This document shows, in pieces, positions 20,404-30,163 of a stretch of 64,000 nucleotides of DNA (within the stretch, counting starts at the first letter, position 1; each line of letters starts with the position of its first letter). The DNA is from a virus. Location: the IMG/VR virus record IMGVR_UViG_3300012983_000048; one strand, written 5' to 3'. Below the pieces are notes generated by a model. That model was not told the origin of the DNA. It worked only from the letters and a program-made list of their open reading frames with translations, and did not search any database. A program made the position numbers and the translations under genes.

Positions 20404-21379
20404 TATATATCTTAAATTAACTAATGGGTGTCAACTTAAATGTGAGCATTGTTATAATGAAATAATGATGAATCATAATCATATGAAAGAAGATGTTTTG
20501 GAAGATGTATTAATCTGGTTAAAAGAATTTTGCAACAAACACCCAAATGATGATATAAATGTCACATTACATGGTGGAGAACCTACCCTATATGATTTAG
20601 ATAAAATTTTATATATTATTGAATCAGTAAATGAAACAAATATAATGTGGGAAATAACAACAAATCTTGTTTATGAATTGACAGATAAACATATTCAAAT
20701 TTTTAAAAAGATGCATAAATCATTTATAAAAACATCTTGGGATTATAAAATAAGGTTTAATGAAGAACAAGAAGAATTGTGGTTGAATAATGTTAGAAAA
20801 CTCAAATCTATTGGTATAGAAGTTCAACCAATTGTTTGTTTGACAAAACAACTTATAAAAGATTTAAACCCAAATTATATTTTTGATATGTTTTCAAATC
20901 TTGGACTCAAATATTTTAATTTTGAAAGAATTACATCAACTGGTAGAGCAGATGTAAATGATGTGAGACCAAACAATTCTGATTTAGATAAATGGTTATT
21001 AGATGCATTTAAAATATATGAGAATACAAAATTTTATATACCATTATTTAGTGGAGTTAAAGAAGGGATTAAGGGGAATTTGATTGGTTGTAGGAGAAGA
21101 CAATGTATGAGAACTGTTACAACCATAAATCCTAATGGAACAATCTCTAGTTGTCCAAATATGGCAAATATTTCATATGGAACATTAAAAACCATTGATG
21201 AAAACAAGAAAAAAATGCTATATAATTTTGAAGATAATAAAAATATTGGTTGTTTGTGTTGTAAATATTTTAAACAATGTAATGGTGATTGTTGTCAATT
21301 ACAATGGGATAACACAGGTTGTCCAGGAATGTTATCAATATATAAATATTTGGAGTTAAAAAATGGAATTAGTAATTAA
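20393..21379 (+). CDS. radical SAM/SPASM-like protein, sub-family B (paralog of 26026)
   Basis: CQLKCEHC. LHGGEPTLYD. CRRRQCMRTV..SSCPNM..CLCCKYFKQCNGDCCQLQWDNTGCPGM. Confidence 0.7.
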   Translation: MEYNIYLKLTNGCQLKCEHCYNEIMMNHNHMKEDVLEDVLIWLKEFCNKHPNDDINVTLHGGEPTLYDLDKILYIIESVNETNIMWEITTNLVYELTDKHIQIFKKMHKSFIKTSWDYKIRFNEEQEELWLNNVRKLKSIGIEVQPIVCLTKQLIKDLNPNYIFDMFSNLGLKYFNFERITSTGRADVNDVRPNNSDLDKWLLDAFKIYENTKFYIPLFSGVKEGIKGNLIGCRRRQCMRTVTTINPNGTISSCPNMANISYGTLKTIDENKKKMLYNFEDNKNIGCLCCKYFKQCNGDCCQLQWDNTGCPGMLSIYKYLELKNGISN

Positions 21380-22301
21380 ACCAACAAGAGCATGTAATTT
21401 CCATTGTTCATTTTGTTCTTCTAATTTGATTCCAAATAAAGTATTGGAGTCGGATAAGGTTATTAGTTTTTTAAAAGAATTTCCAGAAACAAAAAGTATA
21501 ATTGTTAATGGTGGTGATCCATTAATGATGAAACCACAATTCTATTATGATATTATTGAACACATAAGAAGTGAAAAACTAAATTGTATTATATCTTTTA
21601 CAACAAACTTATGGGATTGGTATATTAACACAGATAAATGGGATGATTTGTTTAGACAACCCGAGATTGGTATATGCACATCTTTTCAATATGGAAATGG
21701 ACGGATAAAACCAAATTATACATTATTTACAGAAGATGATTTTTTAAAAATATTTTATAAATTTGAGGAATTATATAATGAAAAATTGACATTTGTTAGT
21801 GTTGTTACAAATGAAAATGCTGGATATGCAATTGATAATGTTAAATTGGCAAAAAAACTTGGAACAGAATGTAAATTAAATCCTGCCGTTAAATCTGGGA
21901 GACAAGGGTATCACTATCCATTGGATAAAATGTATGATATATACTTACAATTATTTGAAACTGATGACTTATATAAATATGAATCAAATTGTTTAAATTT
22001 AATAAATTTCTTTAATAATAGAGATACAACATGTCCATTATCAAACAGAACATGTTATAAAAATATAAAATGTATGGGTCCAGATGGTAATATGTCAACA
22101 TGTCCATCCCTTGATGATGATTATATATATGATTCATATCAGTATAAAATAATAAAGAATGAATGTTATATGTGTGAGTTTTTTAATATTTGTAATGGAT
22201 GTATGAAAAGAGTTCATGATTTAAAGGATGATACATATGATTGTTATAATTTAAAAAACACATTAATGTGTATAAAAAATATTTGTAATAACATAAAATA
22301 A
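21363..22301 (+). CDS. radical SAM/SPASM-like protein
   Basis: CNFHCSFC at aa 11-18. VNGGDPLMM. CPLSNRTCYKNIKCMGPDGNMSTCPSL..CYMCEFFNICNGCMK. Confidence 0.65.
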   Translation: MELVIKPTRACNFHCSFCSSNLIPNKVLESDKVISFLKEFPETKSIIVNGGDPLMMKPQFYYDIIEHIRSEKLNCIISFTTNLWDWYINTDKWDDLFRQPEIGICTSFQYGNGRIKPNYTLFTEDDFLKIFYKFEELYNEKLTFVSVVTNENAGYAIDNVKLAKKLGTECKLNPAVKSGRQGYHYPLDKMYDIYLQLFETDDLYKYESNCLNLINFFNNRDTTCPLSNRTCYKNIKCMGPDGNMSTCPSLDDDYIYDSYQYKIIKNECYMCEFFNICNGCMKRVHDLKDDTYDCYNLKNTLMCIKNICNNIK

Positions 22302-22334
22302 CCAGTAATAAATATACTTATAAGAGGTAAATTA

Positions 22335-23027
22335 ATGATTGAAAAATATGACGAACAGCAATTAAAAGAATTATTAAATGGTGAAGATATTGATATCAAT
22401 TTTTCTGATTCTATTTCAGAAGAAGATTTGGTCAAATCATTATCATATATATATGATTATGAAAATTCTTTAGATATTATTCCAAATATAAGAGTTTTAT
22501 TAAAGGGAATTAATATTGATAAATTATCGGTTGCAATTAAATACTCCTTAGATAGAGAAGATTTAAAAGATCCATTAATGTTATTAAATATTATGAATTT
22601 GATTAAAAGTGGATTAAAACTTAATGAATATTTCTTTAAAGATGAAAACATTTATATTTCATCTATTACTGATTTGTTAAATTTGAAATTAAAAATTAAA
22701 AATGAACTAGAAGCATTTATTCAAAAAATGAGTATTCATTTTATTGCATTGTTTAAATCATATAACAAATTAACATTTACTCCATTAGATAAACACATTC
22801 AATTACCTAACATTTATAGAAATTTGTTTTTATCAAGTGATTTATTAACATTATCTGGTATATTTTCATTGAGTAAACCATTTAATACTGATGAATGTGT
22901 TTATATTGAAAATTCTTGTACCATTATATCTCAATTATTAATGAAGAGTTCAATTGGTATTAGTTTATTGAGTGATTTTTTAAGGAATGAAGATGACAAT
23001 AGAAGTAGGGAAGAAGATAACATATAA
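22335..23027 (+). CDS. hypothetical protein
   Basis: 230 aa with RBS AGAGG. No motif recognised. Confidence 0.45.
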   Translation: MIEKYDEQQLKELLNGEDIDINFSDSISEEDLVKSLSYIYDYENSLDIIPNIRVLLKGINIDKLSVAIKYSLDREDLKDPLMLLNIMNLIKSGLKLNEYFFKDENIYISSITDLLNLKLKIKNELEAFIQKMSIHFIALFKSYNKLTFTPLDKHIQLPNIYRNLFLSSDLLTLSGIFSLSKPFNTDECVYIENSCTIISQLLMKSSIGISLLSDFLRNEDDNRSREEDNI

Positions 23028-23595
23028 AGATTTGGCAGATAAAATATATGAATTAATAATCAATAAATGTGATAATATTGATAAAACTATTCCTATAAAT
23101 GGTCAAACATATACAATATCTTCAACAAGTAAAACAAAATGTACATTAACTATTAATGATAATAAGCTTGTTCCTATAAGTGCATCAGTTGTTAAAACAC
23201 AACTTGATTCATTTTTATCTTCAAGGGGTATAAAATCAAAAGAAAATGAAGTTATTACATTTAAAGGTATGATGAATTTTTATGCAAATATCTCATCCTT
23301 TTTATCTGCAAAGATGGTTTTGGTTGGATCAAGTTTTAGGGGTGAAAAATATGTAATTTATAATGCAAGTGCAACTAATTATACAAGTGTTCAAACTGCA
23401 TTAAAAGATAAGAATTATACAAAAGCACAAATAGAAACAGATGTTAATTCATTATTAAATGCAATTAACTCAACATCAAAAGTATTTTATCCCGCAACAA
23501 CTATTACTTATACATGTTCATCAAGTAGTTCAAGTTCATCAAGTAGTTCTTGTTCATCAAGTAGTTCAATGTTTATAGCATATATGGAAATATAA
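22987..23595 (+). CDS. hypothetical protein with C-terminal poly-Ser/Cys tract
   Basis: 202 aa ending TCSSSSSSSSSSSCSSSSSMFIAYMEI. The N-terminus ITYKDLADKIYELIINKCDN is paralogous to the next ORF. An alternative start MTIEVG lies at 22993. Confidence 0.45.
   Translation: MKMTIEVGKKITYKDLADKIYELIINKCDNIDKTIPINGQTYTISSTSKTKCTLTINDNKLVPISASVVKTQLDSFLSSRGIKSKENEVITFKGMMNFYANISSFLSAKMVLVGSSFRGEKYVIYNASATNYTSVQTALKDKNYTKAQIETDVNSLLNAINSTSKVFYPATTITYTCSSSSSSSSSSSCSSSSSMFIAYMEI
23521..23570 (+). repeat. coding TCA/AGT serine-codon microsatellite (tcatcaagtagttcaagttcatcaagtagttcttgttcatcaagtagttca)
   Basis: A 16-17-nt unit tcatcaagtagttc(a/t) repeated about 3 times. Encodes the Ser18 tract with two Cys. 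Confidence 0.6.
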
Positions 23596-24161
23596 TGATA
23601 AGTGGAAATATAACATATAAAAATATTACAGATAAAATCCTTGCTTTTATCAATAATAATTGTCAAAATGTTGGTAGTAAATATGATAGTATGGATGCAT
23701 GTTTTAAATCATATGATACAGGAAATTTTAAAATTCCGGGTTCTAAAAATGCACTAATAAGATTTTATTTAACCAATAATAAGGTTGAAAGAAAAGAAAC
23801 AAGTAATGTTAATAGTGATTTTGAGAACTTTTTAAAGAATATTGGTGTTTATAATAAATTGAATCAACAAATATTAGATGGAGAATTATATCATTTGATT
23901 AATAATATGGTTGGGTTTTGTATAGAAAATTTAAAATTTTCTATAAGTCAATATTCATCAAAGAAATATCTAATATATACAGGTGGAGTATTATCACTAC
24001 CCACTTCATTATACCATACAATTGGTGATGAAAAAACAGACAGAATTGATGCTAAAGATGTCAATGATATCTTTACTATTATTATGGATAAGTTACATAA
24101 TAAAATTAGAGTCATCCCTGTTGAATATACTGCTTCTTTAAAAGATCCATATACAGAATAG
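23595..24161 (+). CDS. hypothetical protein (paralog of ORF 22987, without the poly-Ser tail)
   Basis: MISGNITYKNITDKILAFINNNCQN aligns with MKMTIEVGKKITYKDLADKIYELIINKCDN. TAATG overlap with the upstream gene. Confidence 0.45.
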   Translation: MISGNITYKNITDKILAFINNNCQNVGSKYDSMDACFKSYDTGNFKIPGSKNALIRFYLTNNKVERKETSNVNSDFENFLKNIGVYNKLNQQILDGELYHLINNMVGFCIENLKFSISQYSSKKYLIYTGGVLSLPTSLYHTIGDEKTDRIDAKDVNDIFTIIMDKLHNKIRVIPVEYTASLKDPYTE

Positions 24162-24223
24162 ATAAAGATTAAATATTGTCATTAATATTAAATTATTATA
24201 TAATATCTCAAAAGGAGAAATAT

Positions 24224-25105
24224 ATGGTATGTAAACCTGTTTATGAATTTTTACTTTGGGATAATTGTAATAATAATTGTAAATTTTGTTTTCAAAGAAA
24301 GAATGGAATTATTCTGTCTCCATTGAATAAAATAAAATCTTTAAATTGTGTGTTAGAATTTTTAGATTCTAATGATTATGTAAATGGCAGTCATGTTTTA
24401 TTAGTTGGTGGTGAAATTTTTGATGAATCTAACCTTTTGATTATTAATGATTACGTAAATTTTTTTGAGAAAATTGTTGATAAAATGAACAGCAACAGTA
24501 TTGATTTATTATACATCAATACAAATTTATTGTATAACAATATGGGAATTTTAAATAAATTATTATCTCTTATTGATTATGATAACTTATGGGATAGGTT
24601 AAAATTTACAACATCATATGACTTAGAAGGTAGATTCTCAACAAAAGAAAAAGAAACCTTATTTTTGACAAATCTTAAATATGTAAAAAATACATATCCA
24701 AAATGTAATATAGTAGTCAACACAATATTAACAAAACAAACATGTGAAAAAATTTTAAACAATGTATTTAATCCAAAAGATTTTTGTGATGAATATAATT
24801 GTGATATAAATCTTATACCATATATTGTTTATACAGAAGAATTATCAGCAACAAGAGAACAAATATTTTCAACCTTAATTAAAGTTAATGAATTAATACC
24901 AAATTATTTTAATAGATATGTTGATAATTTTAGTTTAAAACAGGATAAATTATTATACAAGTATGATAATAAAAAACAATCTTTAACATTTGTATCATGT
25001 GATAATATGGAATGTGGTCATTCACAAAATTTTAAATTATATTCTAGTGATAACAGATGTTTTATATGTGATTTAATAGAATTATCTAAATTGTTTGGAG
25101 AATAA
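24224..25105 (+). CDS. radical SAM protein, sub-family C (1 of 4; motif at extreme N-terminus)
   Basis: AAGGAG 6 nt before ATG at 24224. MVCKPVYEFLLWDNCNNNCKFCFQ. LVGGEIFDE. C-terminal CDNMECGHSQN..CFICD. Confidence 0.65.
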   Translation: MVCKPVYEFLLWDNCNNNCKFCFQRKNGIILSPLNKIKSLNCVLEFLDSNDYVNGSHVLLVGGEIFDESNLLIINDYVNFFEKIVDKMNSNSIDLLYINTNLLYNNMGILNKLLSLIDYDNLWDRLKFTTSYDLEGRFSTKEKETLFLTNLKYVKNTYPKCNIVVNTILTKQTCEKILNNVFNPKDFCDEYNCDINLIPYIVYTEELSATREQIFSTLIKVNELIPNYFNRYVDNFSLKQDKLLYKYDNKKQSLTFVSCDNMECGHSQNFKLYSSDNRCFICDLIELSKLFGE

Positions 25106-25106
25106 G

Positions 25107-26024
25107 ATGAATAACTTTATACAATATGAATTATGGAAAGATTGTTCAAATGGTTGTAAATTCTGCTTTAATAAAGGACAAAAAGATTTAGATAAAATTG
25201 AATCATTAAATTTTGTAATTGATAAGTTAGATGATACAGAAGTTAATGAGTATAATGAAATAGGATTTATTGGTGGTGAGTTTTTTGATAGTCAATTGGA
25301 TAATAAGAATGTAAGACAATTGTTTTATAGATTATTTGATAAATGTATTGACAAAATTAAAAATAATAAAATTAATAAATTGTATATAACAACTGCTTTA
25401 TTGTTTGATATGAATAAACATTTGATACCATTTTTAAATTATTTAAATGATAAAGGTGTATTGGAAAATGTTTTACTTTGTACATCATATGATTTGAAAT
25501 ATAGATTTCATACTAGTGATAGAAAACATATGTGGGAATCTAATATGAAATTATTAAATTATGTATTTCCAAAATTAAGATTGCATACAGAAACAATTGT
25601 TTCTGGATTCTTTATTGAGTCAGTATTGAATGGTGAGTTTAGTATAACAGATTTTTGTAAAGAATATAATACACACATTGATTATATTGAACCCGGTTCT
25701 GGATTTTATTATTATGATAAGAAAGAATGTTCAAAAGATATGCCAGATTTCTTTCCTACAAAAGATAGGTTTATAGAATTTTTATACAAAGTTGCAATAG
25801 AAAATAGAGAAATAGATTTAGATACATTTATATCACCTAATGTTAGGTCTGATAAGATATATTGTAATTATAATGGTAAACGATATATAATGTCTAATAG
25901 AAGAAAAACTAATATGACAATATCTTTTACTGATATGGATGTAAAATATGAAACTGGTTTATTGGATTCTAATGATAAGATGTTAGAAATAGTTAAACAA
26001 GTAAAACAAATGTGTGGTGAATAA
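25107..26024 (+). CDS. radical SAM protein, sub-family C (2 of 4)
   Basis: GGAG then ATG at 25107 (the track's TTG at 25095 is less likely). MNNFIQYELWKDCSNGCKFCFNKG. FIGGEFFDS. Confidence 0.6.
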   Translation: MNNFIQYELWKDCSNGCKFCFNKGQKDLDKIESLNFVIDKLDDTEVNEYNEIGFIGGEFFDSQLDNKNVRQLFYRLFDKCIDKIKNNKINKLYITTALLFDMNKHLIPFLNYLNDKGVLENVLLCTSYDLKYRFHTSDRKHMWESNMKLLNYVFPKLRLHTETIVSGFFIESVLNGEFSITDFCKEYNTHIDYIEPGSGFYYYDKKECSKDMPDFFPTKDRFIEFLYKVAIENREIDLDTFISPNVRSDKIYCNYNGKRYIMSNRRKTNMTISFTDMDVKYETGLLDSNDKMLEIVKQVKQMCGE

Positions 26025-26025
26025 A

Positions 26026-27036
26026 ATGGATAAACATATAACTATTGTCTTAACTAATAAATGTAATTTAAAATGCAAACATTGTTTTGCAATCAGAAAT
26101 ACCACATCAATGTCAATGGATATATTGGAAAAAACAATTACATATCTAATTAATGAGGCAAATAACAATCCAAGTAATAGATATTTAATTGAATTTTTTG
26201 GTGGAGAGATTGGTTTATATGACCCAAATATACTATCTATTATGATAGATTACATGAGAGATAATGTTATTAATAATAATGTTGAAATATATGCACAATC
26301 AAATTTAGTATATAATTTAACAGATGAATGGTTAAATTTATTCAAAAAAATGGATTATTTGGATACATCATATGATTATTCTATTAGATTCTCAAATGAA
26401 CAACAAAGAGAATTATGGTTTAATAATGTTAGAAAAATAACATCTAATGGTATAGAATTGTCTTGTGTCATTACTATTACAAAAGATGTGGTAGAAAATT
26501 TAACACCCAGAGCATTATTTGATATAATGTTAGGATTGGGTATTAAAAAAATAGAATTAGAAAGGTTATTCCCACCATTAAAACCAATGGTAGAATATGA
26601 TAATGGTAATATTGTAGCAACAAACAGAGATGTTGATAAATGGATGTTTGATGCTTATCTTTTGTATGAAAAATTAAAGGATGTTGGTGTATATGTTGAA
26701 ACATTTAATTGTATGGAAGAATCAATATGTGGTAATAATTATTATGAGCATAGTAGGTGTTGCCAAGAAAACAATTTAACATTTTTACCAAATGGTGATG
26801 TATCACAATGTTTTGTAACATCAGTTAAACCATTTTTCAATATATTAAACCCAAATAATAAAAATATGGACATATACAATGAAAATGTTTTATTTGAGAA
26901 GAAATTAAATGATGGTTGTAGAGATTGTCCATATTTAAAATATTGTAGGGGTGATTGTTGTATGATGAAATGGGATTCAACTGGTTGTCCTACACCAAAA
27001 TTAATTTATGAATATCTTTTGACCAAGGGAGAATAA
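26026..27036 (+). CDS. radical SAM/SPASM-like protein, sub-family B
   Basis: ATG at 26026 just after the upstream stop. CNLKCKHC. FFGGEIGLYD. CMEESICGNNYYEHSRCCQEN..GCRDCPYLKYCRGDCCMMKWDSTGCPTP. Confidence 0.7.
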   Translation: MDKHITIVLTNKCNLKCKHCFAIRNTTSMSMDILEKTITYLINEANNNPSNRYLIEFFGGEIGLYDPNILSIMIDYMRDNVINNNVEIYAQSNLVYNLTDEWLNLFKKMDYLDTSYDYSIRFSNEQQRELWFNNVRKITSNGIELSCVITITKDVVENLTPRALFDIMLGLGIKKIELERLFPPLKPMVEYDNGNIVATNRDVDKWMFDAYLLYEKLKDVGVYVETFNCMEESICGNNYYEHSRCCQENNLTFLPNGDVSQCFVTSVKPFFNILNPNNKNMDIYNENVLFEKKLNDGCRDCPYLKYCRGDCCMMKWDSTGCPTPKLIYEYLLTKGE

Positions 27037-27716
27037 TGTTTTTTAAAAATTGTCCATTTTGTAATGAAAATGTTGATTATGTATATAATTCAGATGATAA
27101 ATTATATACTATAAAATGCAATGGTTGTTCAAAAAATGGAATAATTGTGTCTATTTCAAATAATGATTTAACAGAATTACAAAATAAATGGAATAAGAGA
27201 GTATTTGATGATGTGTTATTAAATGATACAGAATATAGTATAAAAATGTTATCATTTTTTAATGGAACATTAAAAAACAAAGAAGATATATCAATATTTA
27301 GAACCGATAAGTATCATAAAGAATTTGATTCATTTAATATATCAGAAGATATATTTGGTTATATGGTTATGCCAAATGGAGATGTTATAATTTGTGATGA
27401 TGAACACTCAAAAGAATTATTAAAATATTTGGGTATTGATGATGAGTTAAATACAGATGAAATAATAAGTATTGCAGTATCATGTGGTATAATTAGAATT
27501 TCTAAACAAGCAAAATGTTTAATGTTTGATTTAGTTCCTAATAAAATAAATAAAACCCAAATAACATCATTGATTAAATTTTTGGTGGAAAATAGTGATA
27601 AATTAAATTATATAAAAACATTTTGTGTATATAAAAATGGTGGAACATGTGCTAGAGATATAGAAGTATTAGATACATTAAATGATTTAATATTATATTT
27701 AGATGGGATAAAATGA
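27036..27716 (+). CDS. Cys4 zinc-ribbon protein, hypothetical
   Basis: N-terminus MFFKNCPFCNE..(15 aa)..CNGCSKNG (CxxC-x17-CxxC). Remainder uncharacterised. Embedded between radical-SAM genes. Confidence 0.45.
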   Translation: MFFKNCPFCNENVDYVYNSDDKLYTIKCNGCSKNGIIVSISNNDLTELQNKWNKRVFDDVLLNDTEYSIKMLSFFNGTLKNKEDISIFRTDKYHKEFDSFNISEDIFGYMVMPNGDVIICDDEHSKELLKYLGIDDELNTDEIISIAVSCGIIRISKQAKCLMFDLVPNKINKTQITSLIKFLVENSDKLNYIKTFCVYKNGGTCARDIEVLDTLNDLILYLDGIK

Positions 27717-27717
27717 T

Positions 27718-28662
27718 ATGATAGAAAATAATTTTCAGCATTGTTGCCAATATGGTGTATGGCCAAATTGTTGTAATAATTGTGATTTTTGTTTGAGAGA
27801 AGAAAGAGAATTTCTTACTAAAAAATTACAATTAAGAAATTTAGATATGATAAAGAAAAATATTGATGTTTTGGATTGGAAGAATAAATTTAGTTATGGT
27901 ATATCTTTATTGGGTGGTGAATTATATTATATTAAAGACAAAGAACTACAAGAATCATTTTTAGAATTAATTGATATAATCATTGAAAAAATTCTCAAAG
28001 TATCTACAAATCCTGGTTGCAGATATTCTACTGTAACAAATGGATTATATGAACCAACTTTTTTATATAAAGTTATTGATAAAATTGTTGATGCTGTGGG
28101 TGTTGGTAAAATTGATGTAAATTTTTCATATGATTTTAAATATAGATATAAAAGTGAAGAAGATTCCAAATTGGTATTAAAGAACATTAATGATTTCCAT
28201 AATAGATATAATTATTGTGTTGGGGTTCAAATGATTTTAACACAGTATTTAATTAATATGTGGAAAGATGGTAAATTTGATGTAAATGAATTTATGAATA
28301 ATGAAATTCCAGGCAATATGTTGTGTTTATTATATCCACATCCAATTAAAACTGGAAAACCATTAGATGATTTTTTCTTTAATAGAGATGATTTCTTGGA
28401 GTTTATTATGTATTTAAAAGAAGAACGATATGAAGTATATGAATCATTCTTACATTCAACTAAGAATTCTTGTTCTTTTAAATATACAGGTTTGAAAGGA
28501 AAAAATTGGTCAAATGATCCATATGAACAACCAGTATTAACTGATGGAAAGGAAATAATAAACGAAGAATGTGGTCATTCAATATTATATAAATGTTATT
28601 CTGATTGTGATAACTGTATGTTATGTGATTTAATGTTATTAGATGGTGAGGTGTATTTATGA
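27718..28662 (+). CDS. radical SAM protein, sub-family C (3 of 4)
   Basis: CCQYGVWPNCCNNCDFCLRE (Cx3Cx2C plus two extra Cys). LLGGELYYI. C-terminal CGHSILYKCYSDCDNCMLCD. Confidence 0.6.
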   Translation: MIENNFQHCCQYGVWPNCCNNCDFCLREEREFLTKKLQLRNLDMIKKNIDVLDWKNKFSYGISLLGGELYYIKDKELQESFLELIDIIIEKILKVSTNPGCRYSTVTNGLYEPTFLYKVIDKIVDAVGVGKIDVNFSYDFKYRYKSEEDSKLVLKNINDFHNRYNYCVGVQMILTQYLINMWKDGKFDVNEFMNNEIPGNMLCLLYPHPIKTGKPLDDFFFNRDDFLEFIMYLKEERYEVYESFLHSTKNSCSFKYTGLKGKNWSNDPYEQPVLTDGKEIINEECGHSILYKCYSDCDNCMLCDLMLLDGEVYL

Positions 28663-29636
28663 GAGGAAAACAATTGCAATTTGAACTTTGGCAAGAGTGT
28701 AATAGTAGATGTAAGTTCTGTTATTTAGCACATGATAATTGTTATACATCAGATAAAATCAAAATAGATTCTATAAAGATGGCATATGATAAAATATCTG
28801 ATTTATCATTATATCCAGAATATTCTACTATATCATATTTGGGTGGTGAATTTTTTCAAGGTCAAATGAAATCAAAAGAAGTAAAAGAAGAGTTTATGAA
28901 CCTTATAGATAAAACCGTTTGGTTGTTAAATAATGAATATATAGATACTGTGTGGATATATGCAACATTAACTATTGGTGATCAAAAAGATTTATATGAA
29001 ACCCTTGAAAAATTTAAGGGTCATAAAGGTAATCTTTGGATATTAACATCATATGATACAATTGGTAGATTTCATACAAAAAAGATGGAAGATAATTGGT
29101 CATATCATATGAAACAAATTCATAAATTATATCCAGATATTTTATTTAATATTACAACAATATTAACAGGGGATTTAATTGACAAGTATTTAAATGATGA
29201 GATTAATTTTGAAAAGATGATGGAAGAATACCATACAAAATTTTTCTTTAAACAATGTGGTAATCCATATATACATAAAACAAAACAAGATATGAATAAT
29301 GTTTTGCCAAATTTCTTTCCTACTAGACAAAAGTTTTTAGATTTTCTTATTAAATTTAAACAGCAAGAATCACCAGAAATGTGGGATAAATTATTTAATA
29401 TTTATTATAGAGCAGATAATTTATATAGAAACTTTAATGATGAAAATGAACATATGGTTGAGTTTGTAAGAGATAAAGACACTTCCATTGAACATTCAAA
29501 ATATTTAGAAGATCCAAGTTTATTAAATACAGTAATATTACCATGTGGTCATATGAATTCATATCAAGCATATATTGATACAGATGATTGTGTTTTATGT
29601 GATAGACAGATGATAGAGGAAATGTGTGGTGACTAA
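28659..29636 (+). CDS. radical SAM protein, sub-family C (4 of 4)
   Basis: LQFELWQECNSRCKFCYLAH. YLGGEFFQG. C-terminal LPCGHMNSYQAYIDTDDCVLCD. Confidence 0.6.
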   Translation: MRGKQLQFELWQECNSRCKFCYLAHDNCYTSDKIKIDSIKMAYDKISDLSLYPEYSTISYLGGEFFQGQMKSKEVKEEFMNLIDKTVWLLNNEYIDTVWIYATLTIGDQKDLYETLEKFKGHKGNLWILTSYDTIGRFHTKKMEDNWSYHMKQIHKLYPDILFNITTILTGDLIDKYLNDEINFEKMMEEYHTKFFFKQCGNPYIHKTKQDMNNVLPNFFPTRQKFLDFLIKFKQQESPEMWDKLFNIYYRADNLYRNFNDENEHMVEFVRDKDTSIEHSKYLEDPSLLNTVILPCGHMNSYQAYIDTDDCVLCDRQMIEEMCGD

Positions 29637-30153
29637 TATTGTTAATAAAGATGATATTGTAAAATTGGTTGTAAGTCCAATTAATTTGGATGAAATACAA
29701 ATTTTAAATAATAGAGATATATATATTAAACCAAATGAATCAATTGAATATAACACAGGTATATACATAGATTGTGGTGGAAATGAAAATGTATTTGTTA
29801 AACACGATATAAAAGAATATCCAATGATTATTATTGAGTGTTGCAGATATTGTGATGATTCATCAAATAATTGTGAAATTATATTACCAATTACAAATAT
29901 TTCTAATAATGAAATTATTATCAAAGAAAATACACGAATTGCAATTATATATAATACTTTAAAACAAAAATTTGATAATAAAGAATCAAAAAGAGTTGTG
30001 TATGATAATGATGATATAGTTGTATTGGATAATGGTGAAAATAGAATTAAAAATTTAGAATTTACTATATCTTCTGAAAATGAATCAAGATTAATAATAG
30101 ATTTTGAAAAGGATATATATAAAAATCCATTAATGTATAATAATGTTGAATAA
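29626..30153 (+). CDS. hypothetical protein (start uncertain, GTG)
   Basis: 175-aa ORF. Only a GTG start at 29626 overlaps the upstream gene. Contains a CCRYCDD..NNC Cys patch. No confident motif. Confidence 0.35.
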   Translation: MVTNIVNKDDIVKLVVSPINLDEIQILNNRDIYIKPNESIEYNTGIYIDCGGNENVFVKHDIKEYPMIIIECCRYCDDSSNNCEIILPITNISNNEIIIKENTRIAIIYNTLKQKFDNKESKRVVYDNDDIVVLDNGENRIKNLEFTISSENESRLIIDFEKDIYKNPLMYNNVE

Positions 30154-30163
30154 AGGATAAAAT

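Noticed and set aside
22335-23595. Possible programmed frameshift joining ORF 22335..23027 to 22987..23595 (41-nt overlap, different frames)
   Set aside because: No slippery heptamer or stimulatory structure was evident in the overlap. An alternative in-frame start (MTIEVG, 22993) makes ordinary overlapping genes the simpler explanation.
25095-26025. TTG start at 25095 and GTG start at 26014 for two radical-SAM genes
   Set aside because: In-frame ATGs at 25107 and 26026, immediately after the upstream stops and with GGAG/GTGGTG RBS-like sequences, are more plausible.
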